DNA of 64,000 nt, from contig NC_086108.1 of assembly GCF_963921235.1 (NCBI RefSeq), forward strand, positions 90,522,001 through 90,586,000, read 5' to 3'. Below are positions 1 to 10,640 of this stretch, piece after piece. This DNA comes from Mobula hypostoma. Its lineage: Eukaryota. Position 1 is the stretch's first letter. Every line of letters begins with the position of its first letter. The notes beneath the pieces were generated by a model that saw only the letters and a program-made list of their open reading frames with translations, did no database searches and was not told the DNA's origin. The translations under genes and the position numbers were made by a program.

Positions 1-1182
1 GACTGCTAACATAATTAATTGTATTATTTATTATAATGTAAGATTTAATTCATCTTTTAAATTTAATTCTATAATAGTTAATAATGATGCCCCATTGAAA
101 GCAGTAAATTTGAGTCTGACACTGCCATCACCTGAGGGTGAGAATAGAATTGGACAAATTGGCGATATCTTTAATAGCCATCGTCTCTTATATCCATCGT
201 CTCTTATATCCATAAGATCATAAGACGTATGAGCAGAGTTAGGCCATTTAGCCCTTTGAATCTTCTCCACCATTCAGTCATAAAAGCTGATATATTTTCT
301 CTCTCAACCCTACTCTTCTGCCTTCTCCCCATAACCTTTGATACCTTACTAATCAAGAACCTATCAACCTCCATTTTAAATATACCGAATGACCTGGCCT
401 CCACAGCCATGTGTGGCAATGAGTTCCACAGATTCACCGTGCTTTGGCTAAAGAAATTCCCCCTCATATCTATTCTAAAGGAACATTCTTCGACTGTGGG
501 GCTGTGCCCTCTGGTCCTAGACTCCCCCGCTATTGGAAATGACTTGCTCATGTCCACTCTATCTAGGACTTTCAATATGTGGTAGGCTTTAGTGAGCAAA
601 GCCCTCATTCTCTAAACTTCAGCAATACAGACCAAGAGCCATTAACCCTTTCATTCTGATACATTAAGACTTTCATTCCTGGGATCAATCTTCTTAAACT
701 TCTCTGGATCTGCTCCAGTACCAGCAAATCCTTCCTTGGATATAGGGTCCAAACCTGCTCACAATATTCCCAAGTGAGGACTGACCAATGCCGAATAAAG
801 CCACAGCAATCCATCCTTGCTTTTATTATCTAGTCCTCTCAAAATGAACGTCAATATTGCTTTTTCTTTCCTTACCACAGACTCAACTTGCAAGTTAACC
901 TTTAGGGAATCCTGCACTAGGACTCCCAAATCCCTTTACACCTCCAATTTCTGAACTCGTTCTCCATTTAGAATATAGACTATGCCTTTATTCCTCCTTT
1001 CAAAGTACATGACCATACACTTCCCTATGCCGATTTTCCATTTGCCACTTCTTGACCCGTTCTCCTAATATGTCTAAGTCCTTCTGCAGACTTTCTGCTT
1101 CCTTGCCCCTCCACCTATCTTTGCATCTTTGGAAACATAGCCTCAAAGCCAACAGTTCCGTTATTCAGGTCATTAAAATATA

Positions 1183-1972
1183 CAGTGGATATTGGTTAAT
1201 TGGGACACATCAGGAACAATTTCATTTTGGCCCAATTAGCCAATGTTTCATGGAAAATATTTAAAAGATATTTAAGTGACCAACTACCATTTAACTGAGA
1301 AACAAATTATGTATTTAAGTGAAATACAGAACAAATTAAAACACTACCAATCCTACTAAATTACTGTAAATCTGTATTAGTTCCTAATAGTTATCAACAG
1401 AGTTCATCCAGTGTGCGCTGCCATTTTTTTGTGATTGACTGTAAATGAATAAAATCAGCGCAGACTCCTAATCAGATAATAGACTGCCTTCATACAATGC
1501 TTTTGACAACTGCATATCTCAAGTCTTCATTTTCATTGTAACCTTCAAGATGATTGTGGATACCTTCAAATTATTCATATTTCCTAGCTTGTTGAAGTAA
1601 TGAAATTGTTTCATTTCCTCTCCTGCTTGTTTCTGCCATCTCCAAGCCCGAAATCCCGGTGAGCAGAACATTTCATAATTTTCTTACTGCTTAATTATCA
1701 CCCACTATCAGTGACAAAAATCACTGCTCTTTGAACAGAAACACACGCTATTTAAAAACTGTTTGCTCTAAGCAAGGTGTAGAGTCTAATGGCCATACAA
1801 GTGCTCACGACTAATACCACTTAGAAACTATTTGTCAACAGTTTCCTGTCCCAATTAAGTGGCATAGTGTCCCAAAAGAACAAAGGGAATTCTTTTTTGT
1901 TCTTTAAAAGAATTGTCTCAAATAAGTAGCTGCCCTGGTTAACAGATAGCCCGATTTAATTGGAATCCACTG
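1183..1972 (-). mobile_element. Tigger/pogo-type non-autonomous DNA transposon, copy 1
   Basis: TA|CAGTGGAT..TTAATTGGG ... CCCGATTTAATTGGAATCCACTG|TA gives imperfect TIRs and a TA duplication, and the CR1 resumes seamlessly on both sides. The minus-strand remnant AVIFVTDS..SSKKIMKCSAH resembles the C-terminal part of Tigger transposases. A paralog lies at 39635-40435. Confidence 0.85.
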
Positions 1973-2040
1973 TAATGTGAAAAGCAGCAGATCCGACACC
2001 TAACCCTGCTGAACGCCATTAGCAGCCAAACAGCAAAGAC

Positions 2041-2170
2041 CCTGATGAAGGGTCTCAGCCTGAAATGTCGACTGTACTCTTTTCCGTAGATGCTGCCTGG
2101 CCTGCTGAGTTCCTCCAGCATTTTGTGTGTGTTTCTGGATTTCCAGCATCTGCAGATTTTCTTTTGTTTG
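2041..2170 (+). mobile_element. Short Penelope-like (PLE) terminal-repeat insertion
   Basis: It is the same sequence as the 3' terminus of the RT/GIY-YIG-bearing PLE at 40472-41670 and is inserted inside the CR1. Confidence 0.85.
2042..2074 (+). ncRNA. Minimal type I hammerhead ribozyme core (degenerate)
   Basis: CTGATGA-A-GGGT-CTCA-GCCT-GAA-ATGT-C-GACTG. Both conserved boxes are intact, stem II forms, and the helix III palindrome ACGT has decayed at its CpG. Confidence 0.7.
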
Positions 2171-2290
2171 TGATAAGACCTGCTTTATTCTCTCTCTTTG
2201 CCTCATGCCAGTCAGACAATTTTCTATCATGATATTTCCTGTAATATCATGGGCTCTAATATTATTTAGCAACCTCATCTGCAGCACCTT

Positions 2291-2588
2291 CTACGTCATC
2301 ATCATTATGTGCCATGTTGTATGATGTAGGTGATCATGTTCTTTGACCATGATTTTTCTAGGCAAATTTTTTTACACAAGGTTGCCTGCCTGGCATCAGG
2401 GCTCACATAACAGGACATGTAATATGGACCAGTTGCTCATACGACCACCCCCTGCCATGGCTTCACATGACACTGATCGAGGGGGCGAAGCAGGTGCTAC
2501 ACCTTGTCCAAGGATGACCTACAGTCTAGCAGTGGGACGAAGCACCTGATGCCTCCTTTGGTAGAGACGTATTTCCACCCCGCTACCC
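2291..2588 (-). mobile_element. Short non-autonomous retroposon with RTE-type 3' end and (GAT)n tail
   Basis: The minus strand ends CATGATCACCTACATCATACAACATGGCACATAATGATGATG. It is flanked by CACCTT (2285-2290 and 2589-2594) and interrupts the CR1. Confidence 0.6.
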
Positions 2589-3881
2589 CACCTTTTCTAA
2601 AGCTTTCTGAAATTCCAAGTAAAGAACATCCACAGACTCTAATTTGTCTATCCTATCTGTTATTTTCCCAAATAATTCGAACAGATTGATCTGATTGATA
2701 AGGAAATCATGCTGACTTCGGTCTATTTTATCATGTGCCAAAAGTGCCCCAAAACCTCATCCTTAATAATGGACTTCAACACTTTCTCAACCACTGACGT
2801 CAAGCTAGCGCCAATAATATCCTGTCCTTTGTCTCCCTCCCTTCTTAAAGAGTGGAGTGACATTTGCAATTCTCCAGTCCTTTGGAACCATTATACAATC
2901 TAGTGGTTCTTCAACGTTCACTATTGCAGCCGCCACAATCTCTTCAGCTACCTCTCTCAGAACCCTGGGGTATGGTCCATCTGTTCCAGGTGACTTACTT
3001 ACTTTCAAACCGTTCAGCTTCCCAACCAGCTTTTCCTTATTAATGGCAACTACACGCACTTATGCCCCCTGACACTCTTGAATTTTTGGTGTACTGCTGG
3101 TGTCTTACACAGTGTAGATCCGATATAGAATACTTATTAAATTCATCTGTAATTCTTTGTCCCCTTTTACTACCTCAGCAGAGTCATTTTCCAGTGGTCC
3201 AATGTCTATTCTCACCCTTTTACTCTTTATGTAACTGAGAAACATTTTATATCCCTTTATGTTATTGGCTAGCTTTTCTTTATATTTCACCTTTTCTCTT
3301 TTTAATGCTTTTTTAGTTTCCTTCTGTTTGTTTTTAAAAGCTTCCCAATCATCAAACTTCCCAGTAATTTGTGCTATATGTCCACTGTGTAGCATGCTGT
3401 CTTTGCTATGCTGCCTTTGACTTCCTGTGTCAGCCATAGTTGCCTCGTCCTCCTCTTACTTCTCCTTTGGGATGTATCTATCTTGCACTTCCAAATTGCT
3501 CCCAAAAACTCCAGCCATTGATGATGATGCCGCTGTGTCTGCTAGTGTCTCCCTCTCAAACTGTAAGGTGAATTTTACAATATTATGATCACTACCTCCT
3601 AAGGCTTACACTTTCATAAGCTCCCTAATCAAATCTTGTTCATTACACAACATCTAATCCAGAATTGTCATTTCTCCAGTGGGCTCAACAACAAGCTGCT
3701 CTAAAAAGCATCTCAAAGACATGCTACTAATTCCCAATCTACCTGCATATTTAAATCCCCATGACCATGATAACATTGCATTTTTTACATACCTTTTCTC
3801 TCTCCTGTTGTAATTTGTACCCCAGATCCTGGCTACAGTTCAGTGGCCTGTATATAACTCTCATCAATGTCTTTTACCCTT

Positions 3882-4022
3882 GGAAAAGAATAAACAGTTG
3901 ACATTTCTGACCCATTTCGGACTGCTTACTCTTTTCCATAGATGCTGTCTTGCCTGCTGAGTTCCTCCAGCTTTTTGTGTGCGTTGCTTTGGATTTCCAG
4001 CATTTGCAGATTTTCTTGTGTT
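3882..4022 (+). mobile_element. Short PLE terminal-repeat insertion with an inverted 5' segment
   Basis: 3882-3910 is the reverse complement of part of the repeat, followed by a + strand copy. It is flanked by a ~14-15 bp duplication, TGTCTTTT(T)ACCCTT (3868-3881 and 4023-4037). Confidence 0.8.
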
Positions 4023-4878
4023 TGTCTTTTTACCCTTAGAGTTCCTTTATTCTACCCACAAGGATTCTACATCTTCCTGTCCTTTGTCACCTCTTTCTAA
4101 GGATTGGATTTAATTTTTTACCAACAGAGCCACCCCAGCTCTCTGCCTACCTGCCTGTTCTTTCAACACAATGTGTATCCTTGGACGTTAAGGTCCCAAT
4201 GGTGATTTTCTTTCAGCCACAACTCAGTGACATCGTCACGCTTGCCAATTTCTAGCTACTTATCGACCTTAATCCATATGCAGCATGCATTCAAATATAA
4301 CGCCTTCAGTCCTGTATTCACCACCTTATTCTCAACTTGTCTCCATGTTGCCTGATGTTTAATTATTCCACTTTTCTAAACTTTCCATCTTATTCTTTAT
4401 TTTGGAAATTTTATTAACCACTCCTGCACTCTCCTCTTTTACTTTATCCTTACTTTCCCAAGCTGTTGAACTCCCCCCTCCCGTGCCACACCGAACTATA
4501 CTCTTTAGTTTAAAGCTCTATCCATTGCTGTCATTATACAATTTGCCAGGACCCTGATCCCAGCATGGTTCAAGTGAAGCCCATCCCATGAGAACAATTC
4601 CTTCCTTCCCTTACACTGGTGTCAATGTCCATGAGTTCAAACAACTTCTCCCAAACTTCTCCCGCACATTTAACTCTCTGATCTTATTAACATTCAGCTA
4701 CAACACATCACCTGATCCTGCATCCCTACTTTATTTATTTAGTTGTAATTTAGCATTATTTAAAATTTAAGTAATAAAAAAACATGGTGGATATCAGGCA
4801 GCTTATAAACCAGATTCATTTTGTGCTACCATGTATGAAATTTATTGCCACTCCTGCTTCACCAGTATATTTCCAGAC

Positions 4879-4959
4879 TAGGGGTTTCCAAACTTTTTTT
4901 TGCCATGGATCCTTACCATTGACTGAGGGGTCCATGGCCCCCAAACTTGGGAACCCCTG
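4879..4959 (+). mobile_element. 81-bp hAT (Charlie-like) MITE
   Basis: TIRs are TAGGGGTTTCCAA / TTGGGAACCCCTG, with an 8-bp TSD TTCCAGAC (4871-4878) / TTCTAGAC (4960-4967). Confidence 0.85.
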
Positions 4960-5062
4960 TTCTAGACTATTTGTGATGTTCAGGAGCTTATTCCAATATC
5001 TCTATTGTAAATTTCACTGCTGCACAGCAGAAACTGGATATTGTCTTAGTTTTTTGAAAAAA

Positions 5063-5450
5063 AATGAGAGGATGAGAGGTGACTTGATAGAGGTGTACAA
5101 GATAATGAGAGGCATTGATTGTGTGGATAGTCAGAGGCTTTTTCCTAGGGCTGAAATGGCCAGCACGAGAAGGCATAGTTTTAAGGTGCTTGGAAGTAGG
5201 TACAGAGGAGATGTCAGGGGTAAGTTTTTTACGCAGAGTGGTGAGTGCGTGGAATAGGCTGCTGGCAACAGTGGCGGAGGTGGAAACGATAGGGTCTTTT
5301 AAGTAACTCCTGGATGGCTACATAGAGCTTAGTAAAATAGAGTGCTATGGGTAAAGCCTAGGTAGTTCTAAGGTAGGGACATGTTCGGCACAGCTTTGTG
5401 GGCTGAAGAGCCTGTAATGTGCTGTATGTTTTCTATGTTTCTATGTTTCT
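5063..5450 (+). mobile_element. 5'-truncated CR1 LINE 3' fragment
   Basis: Encodes RMRGDLIEVYKIMRGID..LFPRAEM..RGDVRGKFFTQ and ends in the tail TTCTATGTTTCTATGTTTCT. Confidence 0.9.
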
Positions 5451-6349
5451 AAATATTAACTTCCCATTCAAGAAAGAAAATGCAAGCAGACTGTTTTCTA
5501 AGTACTGAGAAGGATCTTTAGTTATAGTATCAACTATTGATGTTTTAACACTTAATCAGTCCCATTAAATTTCCATTTTAAAAACTTTGCAGCATTATTT
5601 TGTACGATGTTATGGTTGAAGGAAGTGTTGGAGTAATCGAGTTGCGTATTGGTGGATAAATGCAAGTTTGTATGGAAGCCATCTTTTCATAAGGTGCCTT
5701 GCTGATTAATTATTGGATATATTTTGTAGTTTTTAATTCGATTTCCTGATATTTCATATTTCCTACTTGACCCAAAGCTAACTGTGCTTGGCTATTAAAG
5801 TGACCTTTATTGATGTCACTGTAGTCTTTAGTTGAGTGGATGATTCTATCCTCCAACATCTGGTGGATTTATTAAACTCTTATACATATGCAATATGGAA
5901 TTTTAGAGGTTTTGATTTTATTGGTTATTTTATATCAAATGTTCTGATAGGAAACTGCACTGAATTACTCTTGAACAATCAGTAATCTTCTAACCTTATT
6001 TTCTATTTTGGTTTATTTTAAATACCAATGTCTAATGTTCTTCAAATGTGGTTCCACTAATAAGTCATTAAAAACTTATTTTAATAGTAATATACAACAA
6101 TTTCATCAAGATTTAAAATCAAGAAAGGTTTGATTTCCAATGTACAGTAATACGAACTGGAAGCAAACTCACAAATAAACTAAGTAAAAAGGGCAAGGGG
6201 GTGAAATGAGAAGGTCAAGAAACAGGATCTCCATTTCCTTATGTTAGTTATTTTATTGTCTCTCTAGTAACTTTTTGTAAAGATGGAAAGGTATTTAAAC
6301 ATATTAGGATATTGAAAATACATTTAGAGCATAATTAATTCTCTGTATT

Positions 6350-6790
6350 ACAATGGGTGGAGTATGAAAGTAAAAATGTCTTGCACTGTTAAGACTGTAT
6401 TTGGAGTACTGCATATACTTGTTTAAGGAGGAAGATAATTGCACTGGGGATATTCAGAGAAGATATAAAGGAGGTTAACTTGGCTGATTCTTGAGATGAA
6501 GGGATTGTCTTATGAGGGCTTTTAGTTGTTAGTGATTAGAAGAATTAATGGTGATCTAGTTGAAGCCTATAATGTTTTGTGGTAGCAGATGCCAAGAAGA
6601 TATTTACCCATTGAGGATATCTGGGTCTTGGGTTCATTTGCAGAATAAGGAGTGGTCACCCATCTAGGAAGGAAATAAGGAAGAGTTTCTTCTGTCATGC
6701 TCTTCTGAAACTTTAAAATTCCCTCTCCCAGAGAGGCGTGGAAGTGGAGTCATTGAATATATTCATTTCTAAGGTGTCAGGGTTATGTGA
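6350..6790 (+). mobile_element. Highly degenerate CR1 3' fragment
   Basis: Remnants TTTGGAGTACTG, GGAGGTTAACT..GATTCTTGAGATGAAGGGATTGTCTTATGAG and GTCATTGAATATATTCA match the younger CR1 copies in the window. Confidence 0.6.
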
Positions 6791-7694
6791 AAACAGATAG
6801 TAAGCTGGAGCAGAAGCTGATATTATACAGTCCCACATGCCTGCTTCTTTTCTTCTTATATTCATTGCTAACAGTGGGGAGTGGTGACGACTCAGATGGA
6901 CTAGTATCTGATCTTCTTTCAGTGGAGATTCAGACACCTAATAACCTGGTCAGGTTCTCAAAATTGAAATCCTATTTTCTGTTTTATATTTTTGTTAAAT
7001 TCATTCTCTTGGCAAGTTTATGAGCATATCCTATATATTTTTGTTTCAAATGATCTTCAGTTCTTTCTTGTTGTTCTACATTTAGTTTTAAGGTGCTCAA
7101 ATTCTTTGAAGTCTGTGCAAAAGATGTCAATTAACTACTTCCTCTCTTTACTGTTTACATTAAAATTCTATAACTTTTCTTTACTTGTATTTTACAATTT
7201 GAGTTATCCATGATGGAGTTATTTTCCTTCTTTTTATTAAATATGCTCCTCCTATCAAGTATTAAATTCACTTAAAATTAGACATCCAATATTCCTTAAG
7301 TGTATGTTGTAGTTGTTATTCATATCTTTAATTTGCTAGATGTTACTTGTACAGAAAAAGCAATACCAAAAAATTGCAGAATATAATACAATAATGAATT
7401 AAGAAACCGAATTGATTTGTTTTATATACCATATCAGGTTTACACAGTTTTCAGTGATTCATTCCTGTCAAAAGGGGTAGGAAAGACTATCAAAAGCGAG
7501 AGATTAAAATAACTTAGCGTCCTCAATTGATGAAACTTGATTACGACCAAATTTACACAAATACACAGTGAGCTTAGATTTGAGACCAAAAAATGAACAT
7601 CTCTCCTCATGAATGTGCATATTGCATTCCCTTTGACCCCTACCAAATTATGAAATTTTTGGTTGTGACTGGCCAAACTAAACCTTCCAACATA

Positions 7695-8330
7695 CACAAG
7701 GGGAGACAGTGCCACCCTCAGTGACGTGGTTGATGTCAGGCATACTGGAGCCTGCTTGTGACTGGAACATGGCTGTTGACCTTGACCAAAGGCTAATATT
7801 TCCTCTGGAGATAGCTACTACCACCCTTAGAACAGATTTGGTCTGAAGACTGTAGTAATCTCAGAGCTCAGGGAAAATGCAGTCTGGGAGGTGTATGAAC
7901 AGAAACGTGTGAGATACGCTGAGCTGGCCACAGATGCTAAGCAGCATGGATGGAAGGTGCAGATTTTCCCAGTAGAGGTTGGCTGCAGAGGATTTGTGGC
8001 TACTTCCATGGTCAGATTACTGAAGAGGTTGGGAGTCCGAAGCCAGGGCCAGCAGCAAGCTATAAAAGAACTCTCGGAGGCAGCCGAGTGAAGCAGCCAC
8101 TGGCGATGGATGAAGAGGAGTGATGGCAGCTGGGCCCTAAGATCACCCATGGGTGGCCAGGTGTGAAGTGGGGGAACCTGGACTCTGGGTTGCACTGTTG
8201 AGACCTCTAGAGATGTAGTGGACTTAAACTGATGAACTGACGAAACATCTAAGGGGGAGGGGGGTGCCCACCTGATGACCCCTGGGAAGCATCTGGCACC
8301 CACCTCAAGATCTCTATGCTATGACCTGAG
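7695..8330 (+). mobile_element. Hero-like (R2 group, restriction-like endonuclease) non-LTR retrotransposon 3' fragment with 3' UTR
   Basis: From 7739 it reads GILEPACDWNMAVDLDQRLIFPLEIATTTLRTDLV, then KTVVISEL..YEQKRVRYAELATDAKQHGWKVQIFPVEVGCRGFV..ELSEAAE*SSHWRWMKR. This is the PD..E..K-type C-terminus, with a stop and a deletion. Confidence 0.85.
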
Positions 8331-9639
8331 TTAGGATCTGCTTATCAAAGCTAAACATCTAGTCCTATGAGCTCCAACTGTAACATATGACAATATTCCA
8401 AAATTAGTTGTGGAAATCTCAAAATATTGCCTTATTGTTCATACTTTTCTAATATGACTAGTTGATTAGCCATAAGATATTACATCTTCCTTCTCATGAG
8501 AGTTACAGTTCTATTATGTGGAACACTTAATCATCACTGCCTCTATTTGTTTCACCAAAGTACAAGTTGTTCTGATCATTCAATCCCTTCTTTCACAAAT
8601 AACTTCCACAGAAGTAGAGAGGGTCAAACCTTCGGGGTATTGTCAACACCTGCTGATAAAAGTTCTCTGCAATGATAGAACCATCCAGTTGCTAACAGGG
8701 TTGAACATATGTTTTAGAATTGCTTAACTTATCAGCCATGGAACACAATCTTTTAACATGGTGCAGTATGAGGGAGATGCAATTGTGAATTAGAAGTGAA
8801 ATAATGATCCCAGTTTGAGACTCAGTCTTTCAGTCAGAAGATAGCAATATGTTTAAGAAAATAATAGTTTGAGGAATTGTTTATGCTTGCATAAAAAAGG
8901 AACATGCTAGAAACTTAAACATGGATCCAGATTTTCAGCAAGCTGTATTGGGAAATCTGAAGTGAATTTATACACATTTATGTGTGAGCTTCATTAAAAC
9001 TCTGATTTCTATGCAAATGAAGGAGGTTTACTTAATGGAGTGATTTTTTTTATTTTCTTCATGGGAATGAGCTGTATACTGAGCTTGTCTTTGTTAAGTG
9101 GGTGATGAAAGGCGGTTGTGTTCTTTCCATAAGGGAGTACTTTGCATTGCTGAACTTTTCAGTGTTATAGTTTAAATCATTAAAATGGATTATGCGTCGG
9201 AAGTAGAAGAAAATAAAAAGGTTGATGTGTTTCTTGTAATTCTTATCACTGTGAGAGCTCATGATGACTTGGATAATTCTACTGAGGATGCTAAACTTTT
9301 ACTGAACCTTAAATGCCCTCTGGTTTACTCAATGTACTGAATTTTGAATGATTGTACCCTCTGTCTGAAAATAACGAGGGGTCTTCTGTAATTGTGAACA
9401 ATTTGCAACTCCTCTTTTTATGTTTCTGACTGCGGGGGGGGCTCTTTCCTCAAGTTCTTATACATATGAAACTTCAGGCAAGTTTAATTTAAGGCTCTGA
9501 CTGCTTTCTTCCTGTGATCTTTTTTTAAAAGGACTTTTTTCCAAAAATTGTCAAATTTAGAATTTCCAGTGTCTATCACTGATCCTATTCCTAATCAATA
9601 ATTTTGATCAGCATTAACCATTTCTTACTATAGCATTTG

Positions 9640-10010
9640 ACTTCAGTAGCAGTGGGTTTGAGACCCAAGTGCACAATCTAGTTTCAGTGCTGTGCTCTCA
9701 GGGGTGTCATGTCAAGAATGAGACATCAAGCTGGAGACGTGTCTTTTCTTTCAGATGGGTATAAAGATCCTTTACAGCTGCTTATAGAGGAGCAGTGGAG
9801 TTCCTCCAGTTCCGTGGCCAATATTTATCATACATCCAACATTACTCAGAGAGGATGTTTGTTCTTTTATTTCTGGAACCTTGCTGAGTCTATTTGGTTA
9901 CTGTGATTCCCTGTATAACAGCAGTGACTATTCTTCAATAGTACCTCACTGGCTGCAGTATGCTTTGAGGTGTTCTGAGCCTATAAATAAGATCATGTGA
10001 ATGCATTTTC
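9640..10010 (+). mobile_element. Ancient Deu-domain SINE (SacSINE1/AmnSINE1-like), degenerate
   Basis: Shows the ordered motifs TAAAGATCC..GAGGAGCAG..GAGTTC..TGGCCAATATTTATC..CCAACATTACT..AACAGCAGTGACTA..TTCAATAGTAC..TGGCTG..TGCTTTG. Confidence 0.7.
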
Positions 10011-10211
10011 TTTTAACTTGTATGTCTCATTTATAAATATGTTAATCATTGAATTTGCTCTGCCTAAGTAAGGAAAGATTAGGGAAAAACTTACTTTTTC
10101 CTGATTCTATGATCTGTGATTCTTCTGCTTTCCCACTGTGCACATACAAAGCAAACCAATTTACTTAAATCCATGCCTGAGGTTTCTTTCTTCATACAGC
10201 ATCTTCCACAA

Positions 10212-10640
10212 ACACAAGAGATTCTGCAGATGCTGGCAATCCAGAATAGCACAAAAAAAATTGCTGGAGGAACTCAGCAGGTCAGGCAGCACCTATGGAA
10301 AGGAATAAATATTTGATGTTTTGGGCTGAGACCCCCTTCTTCAGGACTGAGAAAGATGCGAAAAGATGCCAGAATAAAAAAAGTTGGGGTAGGGGAAGAA
10401 GGCTAGATGGAAGGTGATAGGTGAAGCCAGACGGGTGGGAAAAGTCAAGGGCTGGAGAAGAAGGAATCTGATAGGAGAGGAGAGTTGACAATAGGAGGAA
10501 GGGAAGGAGAAGGGGACCTAGGGAGAAGTAATAGGCAGGTGAGAAGAAGTAAAAGGATCTCGGCCTGAAGCATGTACTGTTTATTCTTTTCCATAGATGC
10601 TGCCTGACCTGCTGAGTTCCTTCAGTATTTTGTGTGTGTA
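10212..10640 (-). mobile_element. PLE 3' fragment (minus strand) joined to an inverted terminal repeat (plus strand)
   Basis: The minus copy at 10212-10555 includes a hammerhead core at about 10308-10349, and the plus copy spans 10556-10640. The flanking duplication is TTCCACAA (10204-10211 and 10641-10648). Confidence 0.85.

Larger units (their letters stand above)
211..4720 (-). mobile_element. Near full-length degenerate CR1-clade LINE (endonuclease, RT and 3' tail), interrupted by four younger insertions
   Basis: The 3' tail CATAAGATCATAAG is at 211. Minus-strand ORF fragments carry CR1 ORF2 motifs: RGNFFSQ..VNLWNSLP (204-608), EYCEQVW..YPRKD (605-814), KSPGTDG.YPRVLRE..DWRIANVTPLFKKG (2805-3059), and endonuclease-region remnants at about 3500-4300. 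Confidence 0.9.

Noticed and set aside
178..213. 16-bp tandem duplication (CCATCGTCTCTTATAT) next to the CR1 tail, with similar short duplications at 15734-15773, 25261-25300 and 38607-38638
   Set aside because: These are two-unit slippage-type duplications with no spacers. They are not CRISPR-like and have no evident function.
2460..2590. Possible HDV-like ribozyme at the 5' end of the RTE-type element (minus strand)
   Set aside because: A P1-like pairing can be drawn, but I could not place a valid P3/L3 and P1.1 by eye.
8229..8278. TGATGA and CTGA boxes could suggest a C/D snoRNA
   Set aside because: The order and terminal stem do not fit a C/D snoRNA, and the motif lies within a retrotransposon 3' UTR.
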